Source: a bacterium
Lineage (GTDB): Bacteria > Patescibacteriota > Patescibacteriia > JACQRZ01
Assembly (NCBI GenBank): GCA_030688365.1
Contig: JAUYIE010000021.1
Coordinates: 9,866-73,865, forward strand
Direction of reading: 5' to 3'
DNA length: 64,000 bases
Part shown: piece by piece, positions 17,814-27,820 of the stretch
How positions within the stretch are numbered: position 1 is the stretch's first letter
Layout of the letters: each line of letters begins with the position of its first letter
Notes under the pieces: model-generated
Seen by the model: the letters and a program-made list of their open reading frames with translations, nothing else
What the model was told of the DNA's origin: nothing
Databases searched by the model: none
Position numbers and translations under genes: made by a program

Positions 17814-18914
17814 TTATGCGCGGATTTCTCGCATCAGATCAAGATAAAAGGCAAGGTTATGTAGCGTCGCGAGGCGCATGGCGAGTCCTTCGTTTATGGT
17901 AAAAAGGTGACGAAGATAGGATCGGGAATGATACGCGCAGGTATAACAGGTACATTTTGCGTCAAGCGGTTTTTTGTCGTACTTATATTTTTCATTGCCG
18001 ATTTTGATCGTTCCATAAAACGATTTTTTTGTTATGGGACCGGTGCGAACATAGAGTTGGCCATGGCGCGCTTCGCGGGTAGGGATGACACAATCAAACA
18101 TATCCACGCCATGTTGTGTGGCAAATACGATTTCCTCGGGTTTGCCGAGTCCCATGAGATAGCGTGGTTTGTCAGCAGGGAGGAGGGGCGCGATCGCTTT
18201 GATGATTTTTTGCTTGTCTGATGAGCTTTCACCGACAGCGACACCGCCGATGGCGTATCCGTCAAAGTTTAGTTTTGTAAGTTCTTCCACGCAATGTTTG
18301 CGTAGATCTAGAAATGTCGATCCTTGTACAATACCAAAAAGAAGAGGACGTTTGGCGGGCGGGATTCGTTTTTGTTTCATGCGCTTTTCAAAATACTCTT
18401 TACTGCGCGTTGCCCACGTGATCGTACGCTGTACGGCATTCTCCGCTGTTTCATGGTTGCACGTCCCGGAAGGGCACTCATCCAAAACCATAATGATATC
18501 AGAGCCGATAGCGAGTTGTATATCAATCACGATTTCTGGTGTGAGAAAGATTTCATGACCGTCTATTTCCGATTGGAAACGTACTCCTCCGTCAGTGATT
18601 TTTCGCATCTTTGAAAGTGAAAAGACTTGGTAACCACCACTGTCGGTGAGGATCGGGCGATTCCATCCCATGAATGTGTGTAGTCCCTTGAATTTTTTTA
18701 AAATCTCAAGTCCGGGGCGCTGGAAAAGATGATAGGTATTGGACAGGATGATTTCGGCGCCAAGAGTTTTTATTTCCTCAACCGTGATTTGTTTCACCGC
18801 ACCGCGCGTCGCGATCGGCATGAAAAACGGCGTCTGTAAGAGTCCGTGCGGAGTTTTCAATGTGCCCAGTCGTTTCAGGTCTTTTTTGTTGATTTTATAG
18901 GAGAAATGAGACAT
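17814..18914 (-). CDS. tgt: tRNA-guanine transglycosylase
   Basis: TPFFMPIAT, NTYHL, LTDSGGYQVFSL, DMFDCVIPTR, CTCYTC, HNL. Confidence 0.95.
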   Translation of the reverse strand: MSHFSYKINKKDLKRLGTLKTPHGLLQTPFFMPIATRGAVKQITVEEIKTLGAEIILSNTYHLFQRPGLEILKKFKGLHTFMGWNRPILTDSGGYQVFSLSKMRKITDGGVRFQSEIDGHEIFLTPEIVIDIQLAIGSDIIMVLDECPSGTCNHETAENAVQRTITWATRSKEYFEKRMKQKRIPPAKRPLLFGIVQGSTFLDLRKHCVEELTKLNFDGYAIGGVAVGESSSDKQKIIKAIAPLLPADKPRYLMGLGKPEEIVFATQHGVDMFDCVIPTREARHGQLYVRTGPITKKSFYGTIKIGNEKYKYDKKPLDAKCTCYTCAYHSRSYLRHLFTINEGLAMRLATLHNLAFYLDLMREIRA

Positions 18915-19021
18915 GGCGAATAGAGATAATTATGAAACCAGACTACCATAAGGACTTGATATGATCAATAGAATAGAGTATGATGGATGTCAGAATATTT
19001 TTTAACTAAGGGGGAAGGGAA

Positions 19022-19153
19022 GTGAAAGATCAAAAAAATAAAGAGGTGCCTAGTATTGTTCCAAAAGTATTTGTGTTTGGGATGATATTGCTTATCCTTT
19101 TGCTATTGAAAGTGATCTCTAATGCCATCCAGCACAATGGATGGATACATTAA
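19022..19153 (+). CDS. Small single-pass membrane protein, 43 aa; absent from ORF track
   Basis: GTG start after purine-rich RBS: MKDQKNKEVPSIVPKVFVFGMILLILLLLKVISNAIQHNGWIH; terminator follows. Confidence 0.6.
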   Translation: MKDQKNKEVPSIVPKVFVFGMILLILLLLKVISNAIQHNGWIH

Positions 19154-19165
19154 ACTAATAAGAAC

Positions 19166-19195
19166 GCATCGAGGACAACCTTGGTGCTATTTTTT
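19166..19195 (+). terminator. Intrinsic terminator
   Basis: gcatcgagg-acaa-ccttggtgc plus T-tract; G-U pairs on the plus strand. Confidence 0.65.
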
Positions 19196-19268
19196 ATCTA
19201 ATTTTCTGGAATAACCACCCCGCTATGATACACTGGACATATTGACAGATTTTTATTATACAATTTTC

Positions 19269-21086
19269 ATGCCAGACATTATACATCACATCCTCAAAAC
19301 ATATTTTGGGTATGATAGCTTTCGTCCGCAACAGGAGGAGATCATCCGCAATGTCTTGGCGGGAAATGATACAGTCGTGTTGATGCCGACCGGTGGAGGA
19401 AAGTCTCTTTGTTTTCAGATTCCCGCCATGGCGCTGGAAGGTATCACATTGGTAGTCTCGCCACTCATCGCTTTGATGAAAGATCAGGTTGATGCGATGA
19501 TCGCAAACGGTATCCCTGCGGTGTTTATCAACAGCAGTCTGTCCGCTCGGGAGATATTTGAGATTCAAGAGGAGCTACAGCGGGGGAAAATAAAACTTCT
19601 TTATATCGCGCCGGAGCGTCTGGCACTTCTTGATTTTCAGGTATTTCTTAAGAGTCTGCCTATCTCACTCATCGCTGTAGATGAAGCGCACTGTATTTCA
19701 GAGTGGGGTCATGAATTTCGTCCTGATTATCGCAACTTACAGCGTTGCAAGCAGGTCTTGTTTCCCCATGTACCCATCATCGCATTGACTGCTACTGCTA
19801 CACTAAAAGTAAAGGAGGATATCATCACACAGCTCCACCTACAGACGCCAAAAGTGTTTCTTGCAAGTTTTGACAGGCCAAATCTGTTTATCCGCGTGAA
19901 GCCAAAACAGCAGGCGTTTAAAGAAATCCTCCTTTTGCTCAAAAAATATACTGATGAAGCGGTCATTATCTACTGTCTTTCGCGAAAAGAGACAGAGACG
20001 CTTGCTGTTGCTCTTAACAAAGAAGGACACAAAGCAACTGCTTACCATGCCGGGATGAGCAGTGATGAACGAAAAAAAGCGCAAGATCGTTTTAAAAAAG
20101 ATCAGGTATCCATCATCGTGGCCACGATCGCCTTTGGGATGGGGATAGATAAACCTGACGTGAGATTGGTGATTCATTACAGTCTACCAAAAAGCATTGA
20201 GGGGTATTATCAGGAGATCGGACGTGCCGGTAGAGACGGTCTTGCAAGTGAATGCGTTCTTTTTTATACCTATGGAGATACGAGGACTCTTGAATATTTC
20301 ATCGGTGCTATGGAAGATGCTGATGAACAAAGGCGAGCACGAGTGAAATTGCAGGAGATAGTTGATTATTGCGAGGCACAGGGGTGTCGAAGGAATATAC
20401 TGTTGCGTTATTTTGGAGAAGTGGGTGAAATGCAAAATTGCGCGAGTTGTGATACCTGTACGACGACAAAAGAGACTTTTGACGGGACAGTCATTGCTCA
20501 AAAGATTCTTTCTGCGGTGATAAAAACAGGGCAAAAGTTTGGCGCGCAACACGTGATTTCCGTACTGCGCGGATCCAAAAATCAAGGCGTGCTTTCGCGC
20601 GGGCATGATAGCCTCTCGGTATATGGCATTGTAAAGGACTATGACGACTCGGCATTACGTCTTTTTATCAAAGAGCTGGCATCAAAGGGCTATTTGTTAA
20701 AAGATGAGATTGATCATAATATTTTTATATTCAAAGTATCGGCAAAAGGCATGGACGCATTGAAACAACGAGCAAGCATTGAGCTTACGAAACCTCCTGT
20801 TGCGATGGCGAAAGGAAAATCGTCATCCTCTGGCAAGGGATCAAGTACACATAGTGATAACGAGCTGTTTCAGGAACTGCGCGCGTTGAGAAGGAAAATT
20901 GCAGAGCAAAGAAATGTACCTCCTTTTGTGATATTCAGTGATAAGTCTCTTTTGGAGATGACAGAGTATTTACCACAAGAGAGGGAACAATTTTCAAAAA
21001 TATTTGGCGTGGGCGCGCAAAAACTTGAGGATTTTGGGCACAAGTTTATGGAAGTGATACGACAGTATGCGGGGAAGAAACTATAG
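19269..21086 (+). CDS. recQ: ATP-dependent DNA helicase RecQ
   Basis: MPTGGGKSLCFQ, DEAHCISEWGHEFRPDY, QEIGRAGRDG, Zn CRR..CASCDTC, RQC and HRDC. Confidence 0.97.
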   Translation: MPDIIHHILKTYFGYDSFRPQQEEIIRNVLAGNDTVVLMPTGGGKSLCFQIPAMALEGITLVVSPLIALMKDQVDAMIANGIPAVFINSSLSAREIFEIQEELQRGKIKLLYIAPERLALLDFQVFLKSLPISLIAVDEAHCISEWGHEFRPDYRNLQRCKQVLFPHVPIIALTATATLKVKEDIITQLHLQTPKVFLASFDRPNLFIRVKPKQQAFKEILLLLKKYTDEAVIIYCLSRKETETLAVALNKEGHKATAYHAGMSSDERKKAQDRFKKDQVSIIVATIAFGMGIDKPDVRLVIHYSLPKSIEGYYQEIGRAGRDGLASECVLFYTYGDTRTLEYFIGAMEDADEQRRARVKLQEIVDYCEAQGCRRNILLRYFGEVGEMQNCASCDTCTTTKETFDGTVIAQKILSAVIKTGQKFGAQHVISVLRGSKNQGVLSRGHDSLSVYGIVKDYDDSALRLFIKELASKGYLLKDEIDHNIFIFKVSAKGMDALKQRASIELTKPPVAMAKGKSSSSGKGSSTHSDNELFQELRALRRKIAEQRNVPPFVIFSDKSLLEMTEYLPQEREQFSKIFGVGAQKLEDFGHKFMEVIRQYAGKKL

Positions 21087-22115
21087 GATAATCATCGCGT
21101 CGCCGAAGGAGTAGAATTGATACTTTTTGGCAATCGCTTCGGCGTAGGCAGTCAGGACATAATCTGTGCCGTCTTTTTTAATATTTTGTGCAAACGCGCA
21201 GACGAGCAACATAAGCGTTGATTGGGGAAGGTGAAAGTTGGTGATGAGTCCGTCAACGATACGAAATGTATATCCGGGATACATAAAAATATCCACTTCT
21301 TTGAAGCCGGCTTTAATGCGACCGGGAGAATCCGCGAAACTTTCTAACGTGCGGGTGGATGTTGTGCCGACGGTGATGACTCGTCGTTTCTCTTTTTTAG
21401 CGGTGTTGATGATGTGTGCCGTTTCATCAGATATGGTCGCAAACTCCGGGTGCATTTTGTGGTCGGTGATTTTTTCGGTGCGGATCGGGGCAAACGTGCC
21501 AGGGCCGACATGGAGCGTGAGCTCGGTGATGATGATACCTTTCTTTGTGAGGGCGTTCATCAGTTGTTTTGTAAAATGAAACCCCGCAGTCGGCGCGGCG
21601 ACCGATCCTTCTTGGGAGGCAAAGACGGTCTGATATTCTTTTTCTTTTGCGATGCGAGATATATAGGGCGGTGTCGGTGGAACGCCATGTTTGTGGATGA
21701 GCGCACGCAGCGTCGATCCATGCGCATCAAAAGAAATCCGCCACAACATGTCATCTATTTTTTCTTCTGCTATCGCATGCCAGTTTTTTGTGAGAGTGAG
21801 TTGTTTACCTGCTTCACGGCCGGTCAGATTTTTTATCATTGCCGTCCATACGCCGTCTGATAATTCGCGCACAAGTAGGATCTCCACCGCTCCACCGGTG
21901 GGTTTGGTAGCGGATAGTCGCGCGGGAATCACTTTTGAGTTATTGAGTACCAAAACGTCGCCCTTGTGAAGGAAGTCAAGGATATCATAAAAGTGTTTGT
22001 GGGCGGGCGGGGCGCCATCAGCGAGTACTATAAGTCGGCAATGGTCGCGGGGCGAGCAAGGTTTTTGAGCGATTAATTCTTTTGGTAACGTAAAGTCAAA
22101 ATCGGATAGTTTCAT
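21081..22115 (-). CDS. queA: S-adenosylmethionine:tRNA ribosyltransferase-isomerase
   Basis: FDFTLPKELIAQ, SVAAPTAGFHFT, LHVGPGTF, VGTTSTR, TNFHLPQST, FYSFGDAM. Confidence 0.97.
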   Translation of the reverse strand: MKLSDFDFTLPKELIAQKPCSPRDHCRLIVLADGAPPAHKHFYDILDFLHKGDVLVLNNSKVIPARLSATKPTGGAVEILLVRELSDGVWTAMIKNLTGREAGKQLTLTKNWHAIAEEKIDDMLWRISFDAHGSTLRALIHKHGVPPTPPYISRIAKEKEYQTVFASQEGSVAAPTAGFHFTKQLMNALTKKGIIITELTLHVGPGTFAPIRTEKITDHKMHPEFATISDETAHIINTAKKEKRRVITVGTTSTRTLESFADSPGRIKAGFKEVDIFMYPGYTFRIVDGLITNFHLPQSTLMLLVCAFAQNIKKDGTDYVLTAYAEAIAKKYQFYSFGDAMIIL

Positions 22116-22220
22116 ATGGGGCAAATGGTAGCAGTTTTTGTGGGAAATATAAAGATCACGACTACAGTTGCTTTATTCTCAAAACACTGTATACTCCCTA
22201 TATCATTATTGAACTACTCT

Positions 22221-22313
22221 ATGGCAAAAGGAAAAAAGAGATCAACGGGTGTCAAAAATCCGCATCTCAAGCGCAATGAGCGCAAACAACACGTTGAGAA
22301 AAAGTACAACTAA
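22221..22313 (+). CDS. Small basic protein, 30 aa
   Basis: MAKGKKRSTGVKNPHLKRNERKQHVEKKYN; promoter-like TTGCTT-16-TATACT upstream and terminator downstream. Confidence 0.65.
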   Translation: MAKGKKRSTGVKNPHLKRNERKQHVEKKYN

Positions 22314-22318
22314 AAATT

Positions 22319-22342
22319 CATCCCCAGTCGGGGATGTTTTTT
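22319..22342 (+). terminator. Intrinsic terminator
   Basis: catcccc-agtc-ggggatg followed by T6. Confidence 0.8.
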
Positions 22343-22390
22343 GTAATGACGTGATATGGTACAATATATGTATCAAATCATTACGTCCCT

Positions 22391-23749
22391 ATGCCAAGAA
22401 AAAAAAGGATTCACAAAGCCTGGGTTTTAACTGTGGATATGGGGTATGGCCACCAACGGCCTGCCCATGTTCTGCAAGACATCGCCTATAATGGCATTAT
22501 TACGGTAAATGATTTTCCCGGTATACCTGCCCATGAAAAAGCGACATGGACAGATAATCGTAAAGGATACGAATGGATTTCCCGCATGAAGTCCGCGCCG
22601 GTGATTGGTAACGCGTTGTTTGAAATTTTTGATAAAATACAAGAGATTCCCAGTTTTTACCCTCGTCGCGATCTTTCAAAAAGTAACTTACAACTTTTGC
22701 ATACCTATCGTCTGATTGAAAAGGAACAAGTGTGTCGATATTTGTTTAATCATGTACTCAGCGAACAACCCGACCTACCTCTTGTATGTACTTTTTTTCT
22801 TCCCGCCTTTGCTGCAGAAGTATACGGATATCAAGGAGATATCTATCTTCAAGTATGTGATGCCGACATGAGTAGAACATGGGTGGCGCGTGATCCAAAA
22901 AAAAGTCGGATCAAGTATTTAGCGCCAAATAAGCGCGTCGTGGAGCGGTTAAAGTTGTATGGCGTGCCGGAAAAAAATATCTTTTTCACTGGTTTCCCTC
23001 TGCCTAAAGAAAACATTGGTGGTCTGGACGCAAAGATTTTGAAAAAAGATCTTGGTGCGCGTATATACAATCTGGATCCGCATTCGCATACACGACATAA
23101 ATTTGGGCATATTATTAATTATCATTTATCAGGAAAAAATATCCCCAAACGAGCGACACATCCGCTGACCTTGATGTTCGCGGTGGGTGGCGCTGGTGGT
23201 CAGAGGGAATTGGGGGGGCAGATTTTAAAAAGTTTGAAAACTAAGATTCTTAAAGGCGCGATTGATTTTATATTGGTAGCGGGGGTAAAACAAGATGTGG
23301 CGGATTATTTTAAGTCAGAGATCAAAGCATTGGGATTAAATAAGGAATTAGGGGAAAGCGTAAAGATTATCATAGAGAAAACAAAAAAAGATTATTTTGA
23401 CGTATTTAATAAAGCATTACGTATGACTGATATTTTGTGGACTAAGCCATCAGAACTTTCATTTTATACTGCATTGGGCTTACCGATCATCATGGCACCC
23501 TCTATTGGCTCACAAGAAGATTTTAATAGGATGTGGCTAAAGACGATTGCGGCGGGTATTAGTCAAGATGATCCGCGATACACTGATGAATGGCTCTTTG
23601 ATTGGCTCAATAGCGGTTGGTTGGCACGTGCGGCACTCAATGGTTTCGTTGAAGCACCTGTCATGGGAACATACAACGTTGAAAAATTGATTCTCGGAAA
23701 AGTAAAAAATTCAAAAGACATTACCCCTCATGTCATTTCTAATATATAA
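22391..23749 (+). CDS. GT-B fold glycosyltransferase-like protein (MGDG-synthase-like N-terminus)
   Basis: VDMGYGHQR, TGFPL, DILWTKPSELSFY..LGLPII...GSQEDFN. Confidence 0.7.
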   Translation: MPRKKRIHKAWVLTVDMGYGHQRPAHVLQDIAYNGIITVNDFPGIPAHEKATWTDNRKGYEWISRMKSAPVIGNALFEIFDKIQEIPSFYPRRDLSKSNLQLLHTYRLIEKEQVCRYLFNHVLSEQPDLPLVCTFFLPAFAAEVYGYQGDIYLQVCDADMSRTWVARDPKKSRIKYLAPNKRVVERLKLYGVPEKNIFFTGFPLPKENIGGLDAKILKKDLGARIYNLDPHSHTRHKFGHIINYHLSGKNIPKRATHPLTLMFAVGGAGGQRELGGQILKSLKTKILKGAIDFILVAGVKQDVADYFKSEIKALGLNKELGESVKIIIEKTKKDYFDVFNKALRMTDILWTKPSELSFYTALGLPIIMAPSIGSQEDFNRMWLKTIAAGISQDDPRYTDEWLFDWLNSGWLARAALNGFVEAPVMGTYNVEKLILGKVKNSKDITPHVISNI

Positions 23750-23775
23750 TATGTTTATATCTAATACGTACTACC

Positions 23776-24027
23776 ATGTTTAAACACATAGAAGGCAAGA
23801 TAAATAATAGTATTTTGACTTTTTTTACGCTAGGGATGATCTTTTTGTTACTCGGAGTAATGGTGATCATGTATGAGACATTACTAAGAGTCATTGTGGG
23901 TGTGTTATTTTTTCTTTTAGCATATATGGCCTTTCATTTGGCACATAAGATACAAGCAATTAAACACAGCATACAAGATAAACTGGGAGGTGTGGGGTTT
24001 GGTGACAAAAAGGGCGGGAAAAAATGA
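23776..24027 (+). CDS. Small two-TM membrane protein
   Basis: Two hydrophobic segments. Confidence 0.7.
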   Translation: MFKHIEGKINNSILTFFTLGMIFLLLGVMVIMYETLLRVIVGVLFFLLAYMAFHLAHKIQAIKHSIQDKLGGVGFGDKKGGKK

Positions 24028-24050
24028 TTATTTTTGAGGGATGAATTGAT

Positions 24051-25091
24051 ATGTTTACCAAGCCGCCCACATTCCAACATCGGCTGCGGCGAAATGTTTT
24101 GTGGCTCTTTTTTGGTCTCATGGTTGTATTGTCCGTATTTTTTTTGTTTTTAAATTATCCGACACGACCAACAACAAAAGAGACAATGTTTGGTGTAACA
24201 TTTAGTCCGTATTACATGCAGGAGTTTGGTGTAGATTGGAAAAAAGCGTATACGGCGATATTGGATGATTTGGGAGTGCGCGATTTGCGTTTATCTGCAT
24301 ATTGGAATCACACAGAACCATCTTCGGGGTCGTTTGATTTTAGTGATTTGGATTATCAATTGGATCAAGCGGCACTTCGTAATGCTCATGTTATCTTGGC
24401 GGTCGGGCGCAAGTTACCACGTTGGCCGGAATGTCATGATCCGGAGTGGATCACCGGGTCATCTCGTAGTGAAATAGAAGCACAGCTTTTGACATATGTA
24501 GATACGGTGGTACAAAAGTACAAAGACCATCCAGCTGTAACACGCTGGCAGATAGAAAACGAGCCATTTTTTTGGTTCGGGGTATGTGATAAGACGCTTG
24601 GGTTATCAACATTAAAAAAAGAGATCGCGATCGTGCGCAAATATAGTCCTAAGCCGATTGTTGTGACTGACAGTGGTGAATGGAGTTTCTGGTTGCCTGC
24701 AGCGTGGGAAGGTGATGTATTGGGTATCAGTATGTATCGAGAGAGTTGGAATGCGCTACTGGGTCGTATTCCATTTCCAATAAGTCCGGGGTTTTATCAA
24801 AAAAAAGCTGACATTATTTCACCCGTTCAAAAAAATATAATTGTTACAGAGCTTCAAGCGGAACCATGGGGGGAAAAACCGATTGCGCAGATGACTCGTG
24901 AAGAAATGACAGATTCTATGGATATTGCAAAATTTGAGAGCAATGTGAGTTTTTCGCAACAAACGGGATTTGGTGAGGTTTATTTATGGGGCGTAGAATG
25001 GTGGTATTGGATGAAAACAGTACAGGGAGATTCCTCTTTTTGGGATACTGGAAGGGAGATCTTTAATGTTTCACATCAAGCGACCCAATAA
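24051..25091 (+). CDS. Membrane-anchored clan GH-A glycoside hydrolase
   Basis: FGVTFS, RLSAYW, WQIENEP acid/base, VTELQAEPW nucleophile. Confidence 0.8.
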   Translation: MFTKPPTFQHRLRRNVLWLFFGLMVVLSVFFLFLNYPTRPTTKETMFGVTFSPYYMQEFGVDWKKAYTAILDDLGVRDLRLSAYWNHTEPSSGSFDFSDLDYQLDQAALRNAHVILAVGRKLPRWPECHDPEWITGSSRSEIEAQLLTYVDTVVQKYKDHPAVTRWQIENEPFFWFGVCDKTLGLSTLKKEIAIVRKYSPKPIVVTDSGEWSFWLPAAWEGDVLGISMYRESWNALLGRIPFPISPGFYQKKADIISPVQKNIIVTELQAEPWGEKPIAQMTREEMTDSMDIAKFESNVSFSQQTGFGEVYLWGVEWWYWMKTVQGDSSFWDTGREIFNVSHQATQ

Positions 25092-26245
25092 TATGAAACA
25101 AACATTATTGAAAATAATGCAAGTGCGAAGGTACACAAGATGACAAGTGCGGAAAAAACAAGGGGATGACGTGACAGACGTGCATATACTAAAAATAGCG
25201 GAAAGGCAGAAAGTGCATATCGTGGCATACTCTGTAGACGTCCGCTCAATAGAGGGATAATCAGTAATAATGTTGCAAACAGCGCATAAGGTTTGGGAAG
25301 CACAAACCATGCAATGATGACGCTTACGATAAACAAAATTGTGAACATAACATCAATATAACGTGTCGTCAGTGGTGTAGAATCAGTGACGTCTTTTACT
25401 GTTTCAAACTCTTTTACATATGTATCAAATGCTTTTTCTACCCCTGTTTTGGATAATTCAAAGTTTCGTTGCCAATTTTCCTGTGCTTCTAAAAAAAGTA
25501 GTGGATTACCAAATGATCCCTGAAGATATCCCATGAACAACAATAAACCACAAGGAATGATTATAATAGAAAGAATTTTTGGTGCAATGAGCACGCGCCA
25601 ATGATATGTATGTTGTCGTAGGTATTCCCATATCAGTGGAATAACGATCGCAATACCAGCAAAGCGTGTTGCGGTCAAAAATATACCTGCTAGCCCTGCG
25701 AGCCACCAATGTTGTTTGCGCGCAAGGTAAAATGTCAACAGAGATAAGAAGACAAATAGGGATTCGGTATAGAGGGAAATAAGAAAAAATGAGGTTGGAA
25801 ATACCAACAAAAAGACAATGCTGCGCCATGCTGTCGCTTCATCAAACTCAAAAAGCGCCAAACGATATAGTAGTAGACATGATAAAAAGGCGAATAACAA
25901 CGAAAGAGCAATCCCAGCTAGCGCTGTGTTGCCGTGAGTTAGTGGTGAAAGCAGTGACATTAACATCGGGTACAATGGAAAGAACACCACCGAGGATTGG
26001 ATGTCTTTCTGGTAAAAATAACCATGATTTGCAATACTTAAATACCAGTAGGAGTCAAAGCGTTGCCAGTTGCGAATGAGAGAATACTGACTGTCTGTGG
26101 CATCTATACGCGGGTTCATATCTTGATAGGCAGTATCAGGCGCAAGATGGAGGCGGTTGGTACCCAGGTATGCTAAAAGTTGTAAAGACGTAATCCATAC
26201 AATAAGAAAAACAAATATCACAAGCACTGTTTTTATCCAACGCAT
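25076..26245 (-). CDS. GT-C mannosyltransferase (PIG-V-like)
   Basis: WQRFDSYWYLSIA..GY, FFPLYP, YTESLF, TRFAG; multiple TM helices. Confidence 0.85.
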   Translation of the reverse strand: MRWIKTVLVIFVFLIVWITSLQLLAYLGTNRLHLAPDTAYQDMNPRIDATDSQYSLIRNWQRFDSYWYLSIANHGYFYQKDIQSSVVFFPLYPMLMSLLSPLTHGNTALAGIALSLLFAFLSCLLLYRLALFEFDEATAWRSIVFLLVFPTSFFLISLYTESLFVFLSLLTFYLARKQHWWLAGLAGIFLTATRFAGIAIVIPLIWEYLRQHTYHWRVLIAPKILSIIIIPCGLLLFMGYLQGSFGNPLLFLEAQENWQRNFELSKTGVEKAFDTYVKEFETVKDVTDSTPLTTRYIDVMFTILFIVSVIIAWFVLPKPYALFATLLLIIPLLSGRLQSMPRYALSAFPLFLVYARLSRHPLVFSALVILCTFALALFSIMFVSYYWVA

Positions 26246-26269
26246 AATAATAAGTATACCACTGATCGT

Positions 26270-27544
26270 ATGGAATTTGTATCAGAAAACGGACGCGAAG
26301 TTCCCGTCTTCTCTGTGCACGATTTTATTGAGTACACCAATCTTTTGATTGGCAGAAAACAAGTGGTGGTGGAAGGAGAGATCGGATCATACAATGTTAG
26401 TCAAAACAGATGGGTATTTTTTGATTTGAAAGAAGGTGACGCGCGCATGAGCTGTTTTGGGGTGTTGTATCAGTTGCCACGTGGCCTTGTTGATGGTATG
26501 ACCGTTCGTGTGACGGGTACACCGCGGGTACATCAGAAAAGCGGAAAGTTTAGCATCACTGTGGACACTGTCGAGATGATGGGAGAAGGTGCATTAAAAA
26601 AAGCATTTGAGTTGACAAAGAAAAAATTACAAGCTGAAGGGCTTTTTGATAGCGCGCGAAAACGCGTATTGCCACGTTTTCCGCAAACTATTGGTATCAT
26701 TGCCTCGCGAGAGTCAGCGGCCTATACCGATTTTATGCGAATACTTAATCAACGATGGGGAGGGCTGGATATAGAATTGTTTCATGTAAAAGTCCAAGGA
26801 GAAGGGGCGGTAGAGGACATCGTGAACGCGTTTGCATATTTTAATTCTGGTCAATCGGAAGCAGAAGTGATAGTACTGACACGTGGAGGGGGCAGTATGG
26901 AAGATCTTCATGCGTTCAATGATGAAGCAGTTGCTCGCGCTGTGTTTGGATCACGCATTCCCGTGATATGCGGGGTAGGTCATGAACGAGATGAGTCGCT
27001 TGCGGATTATGTTGCGGATATGCGGGTAGCGACACCGACACACGCAGGGACACTCGTCGTACCTGATCGAGATGAACTTAATCGGCAGATCACACACAGT
27101 GTTCAATCTATGAGTCAATATATTGAAGGAAGTATTGAGTGGAATCGTAATGCGATACAGCGATATATGACAACACTGGAACGGAGCGCCACACATACAC
27201 TTCACGATTTTGCTCAACTTGAAAAACGTTTTATATTTCGCATAGAAAGTTTTTCTCAAGAAGCACTTCATACGCACACACGCATTCAGAGTCTGACAGA
27301 GCACGTAATACAGGCGATGGAGCGGTCATTTGAACAAACACGACAGTCACTTGATGGATATACCAAAAGTTTATTACATTTAGGACCGGAGGAAGTATTA
27401 AAACGTGGATATAGTATTGTGCGTCGTCGTGGTAGTCCTATCACAAGCGCAGAAGCTTTAAAAGGGGGAGATACGATTGATATCACATTCAAAGATGGTA
27501 CGCGACAAGCAAAAGCACTTGATAATCAACAATCATTATTATAA
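26270..27544 (+). CDS. xseA: Exodeoxyribonuclease VII large subunit
   Basis: VEGEI, LQAEGLF, RGGGSMEDL..FNDE, GVGHERD, TPT, LKRGYSIV. Confidence 0.97.
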   Translation: MEFVSENGREVPVFSVHDFIEYTNLLIGRKQVVVEGEIGSYNVSQNRWVFFDLKEGDARMSCFGVLYQLPRGLVDGMTVRVTGTPRVHQKSGKFSITVDTVEMMGEGALKKAFELTKKKLQAEGLFDSARKRVLPRFPQTIGIIASRESAAYTDFMRILNQRWGGLDIELFHVKVQGEGAVEDIVNAFAYFNSGQSEAEVIVLTRGGGSMEDLHAFNDEAVARAVFGSRIPVICGVGHERDESLADYVADMRVATPTHAGTLVVPDRDELNRQITHSVQSMSQYIEGSIEWNRNAIQRYMTTLERSATHTLHDFAQLEKRFIFRIESFSQEALHTHTRIQSLTEHVIQAMERSFEQTRQSLDGYTKSLLHLGPEEVLKRGYSIVRRRGSPITSAEALKGGDTIDITFKDGTRQAKALDNQQSLL

Positions 27545-27553
27545 CAAAGCAAT

Positions 27554-27769
27554 ATGGCAACAAAAAAAGATACATTCAAAGACGCGATGGAGGAGCTGGA
27601 GGGTATTGTAAAACAATTTGAGTCTGGCAATCTTGATCTGGATGAAAGTCTCAAAAAGTTTGAACGGGGACTGGAACTGGCAGAACAATGCAAGAAGCAA
27701 CTTGCTGTGGTAGAAAATAAGATCAAGGAGATCAAGGGAAAGTTTAGTGAGACGGGGCAGAAGGAGTAA
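27554..27769 (+). CDS. xseB: Exodeoxyribonuclease VII small subunit
   Basis: FKDAMEELEGIV...LDESLKKFERGLEL; follows xseA. Confidence 0.95.
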   Translation: MATKKDTFKDAMEELEGIVKQFESGNLDLDESLKKFERGLELAEQCKKQLAVVENKIKEIKGKFSETGQKE

Positions 27770-27820
27770 GCAGGGCAAAGTTTTACTTTCAATGAATTTT
27801 TGGAAGTGTTATACTTAAAA

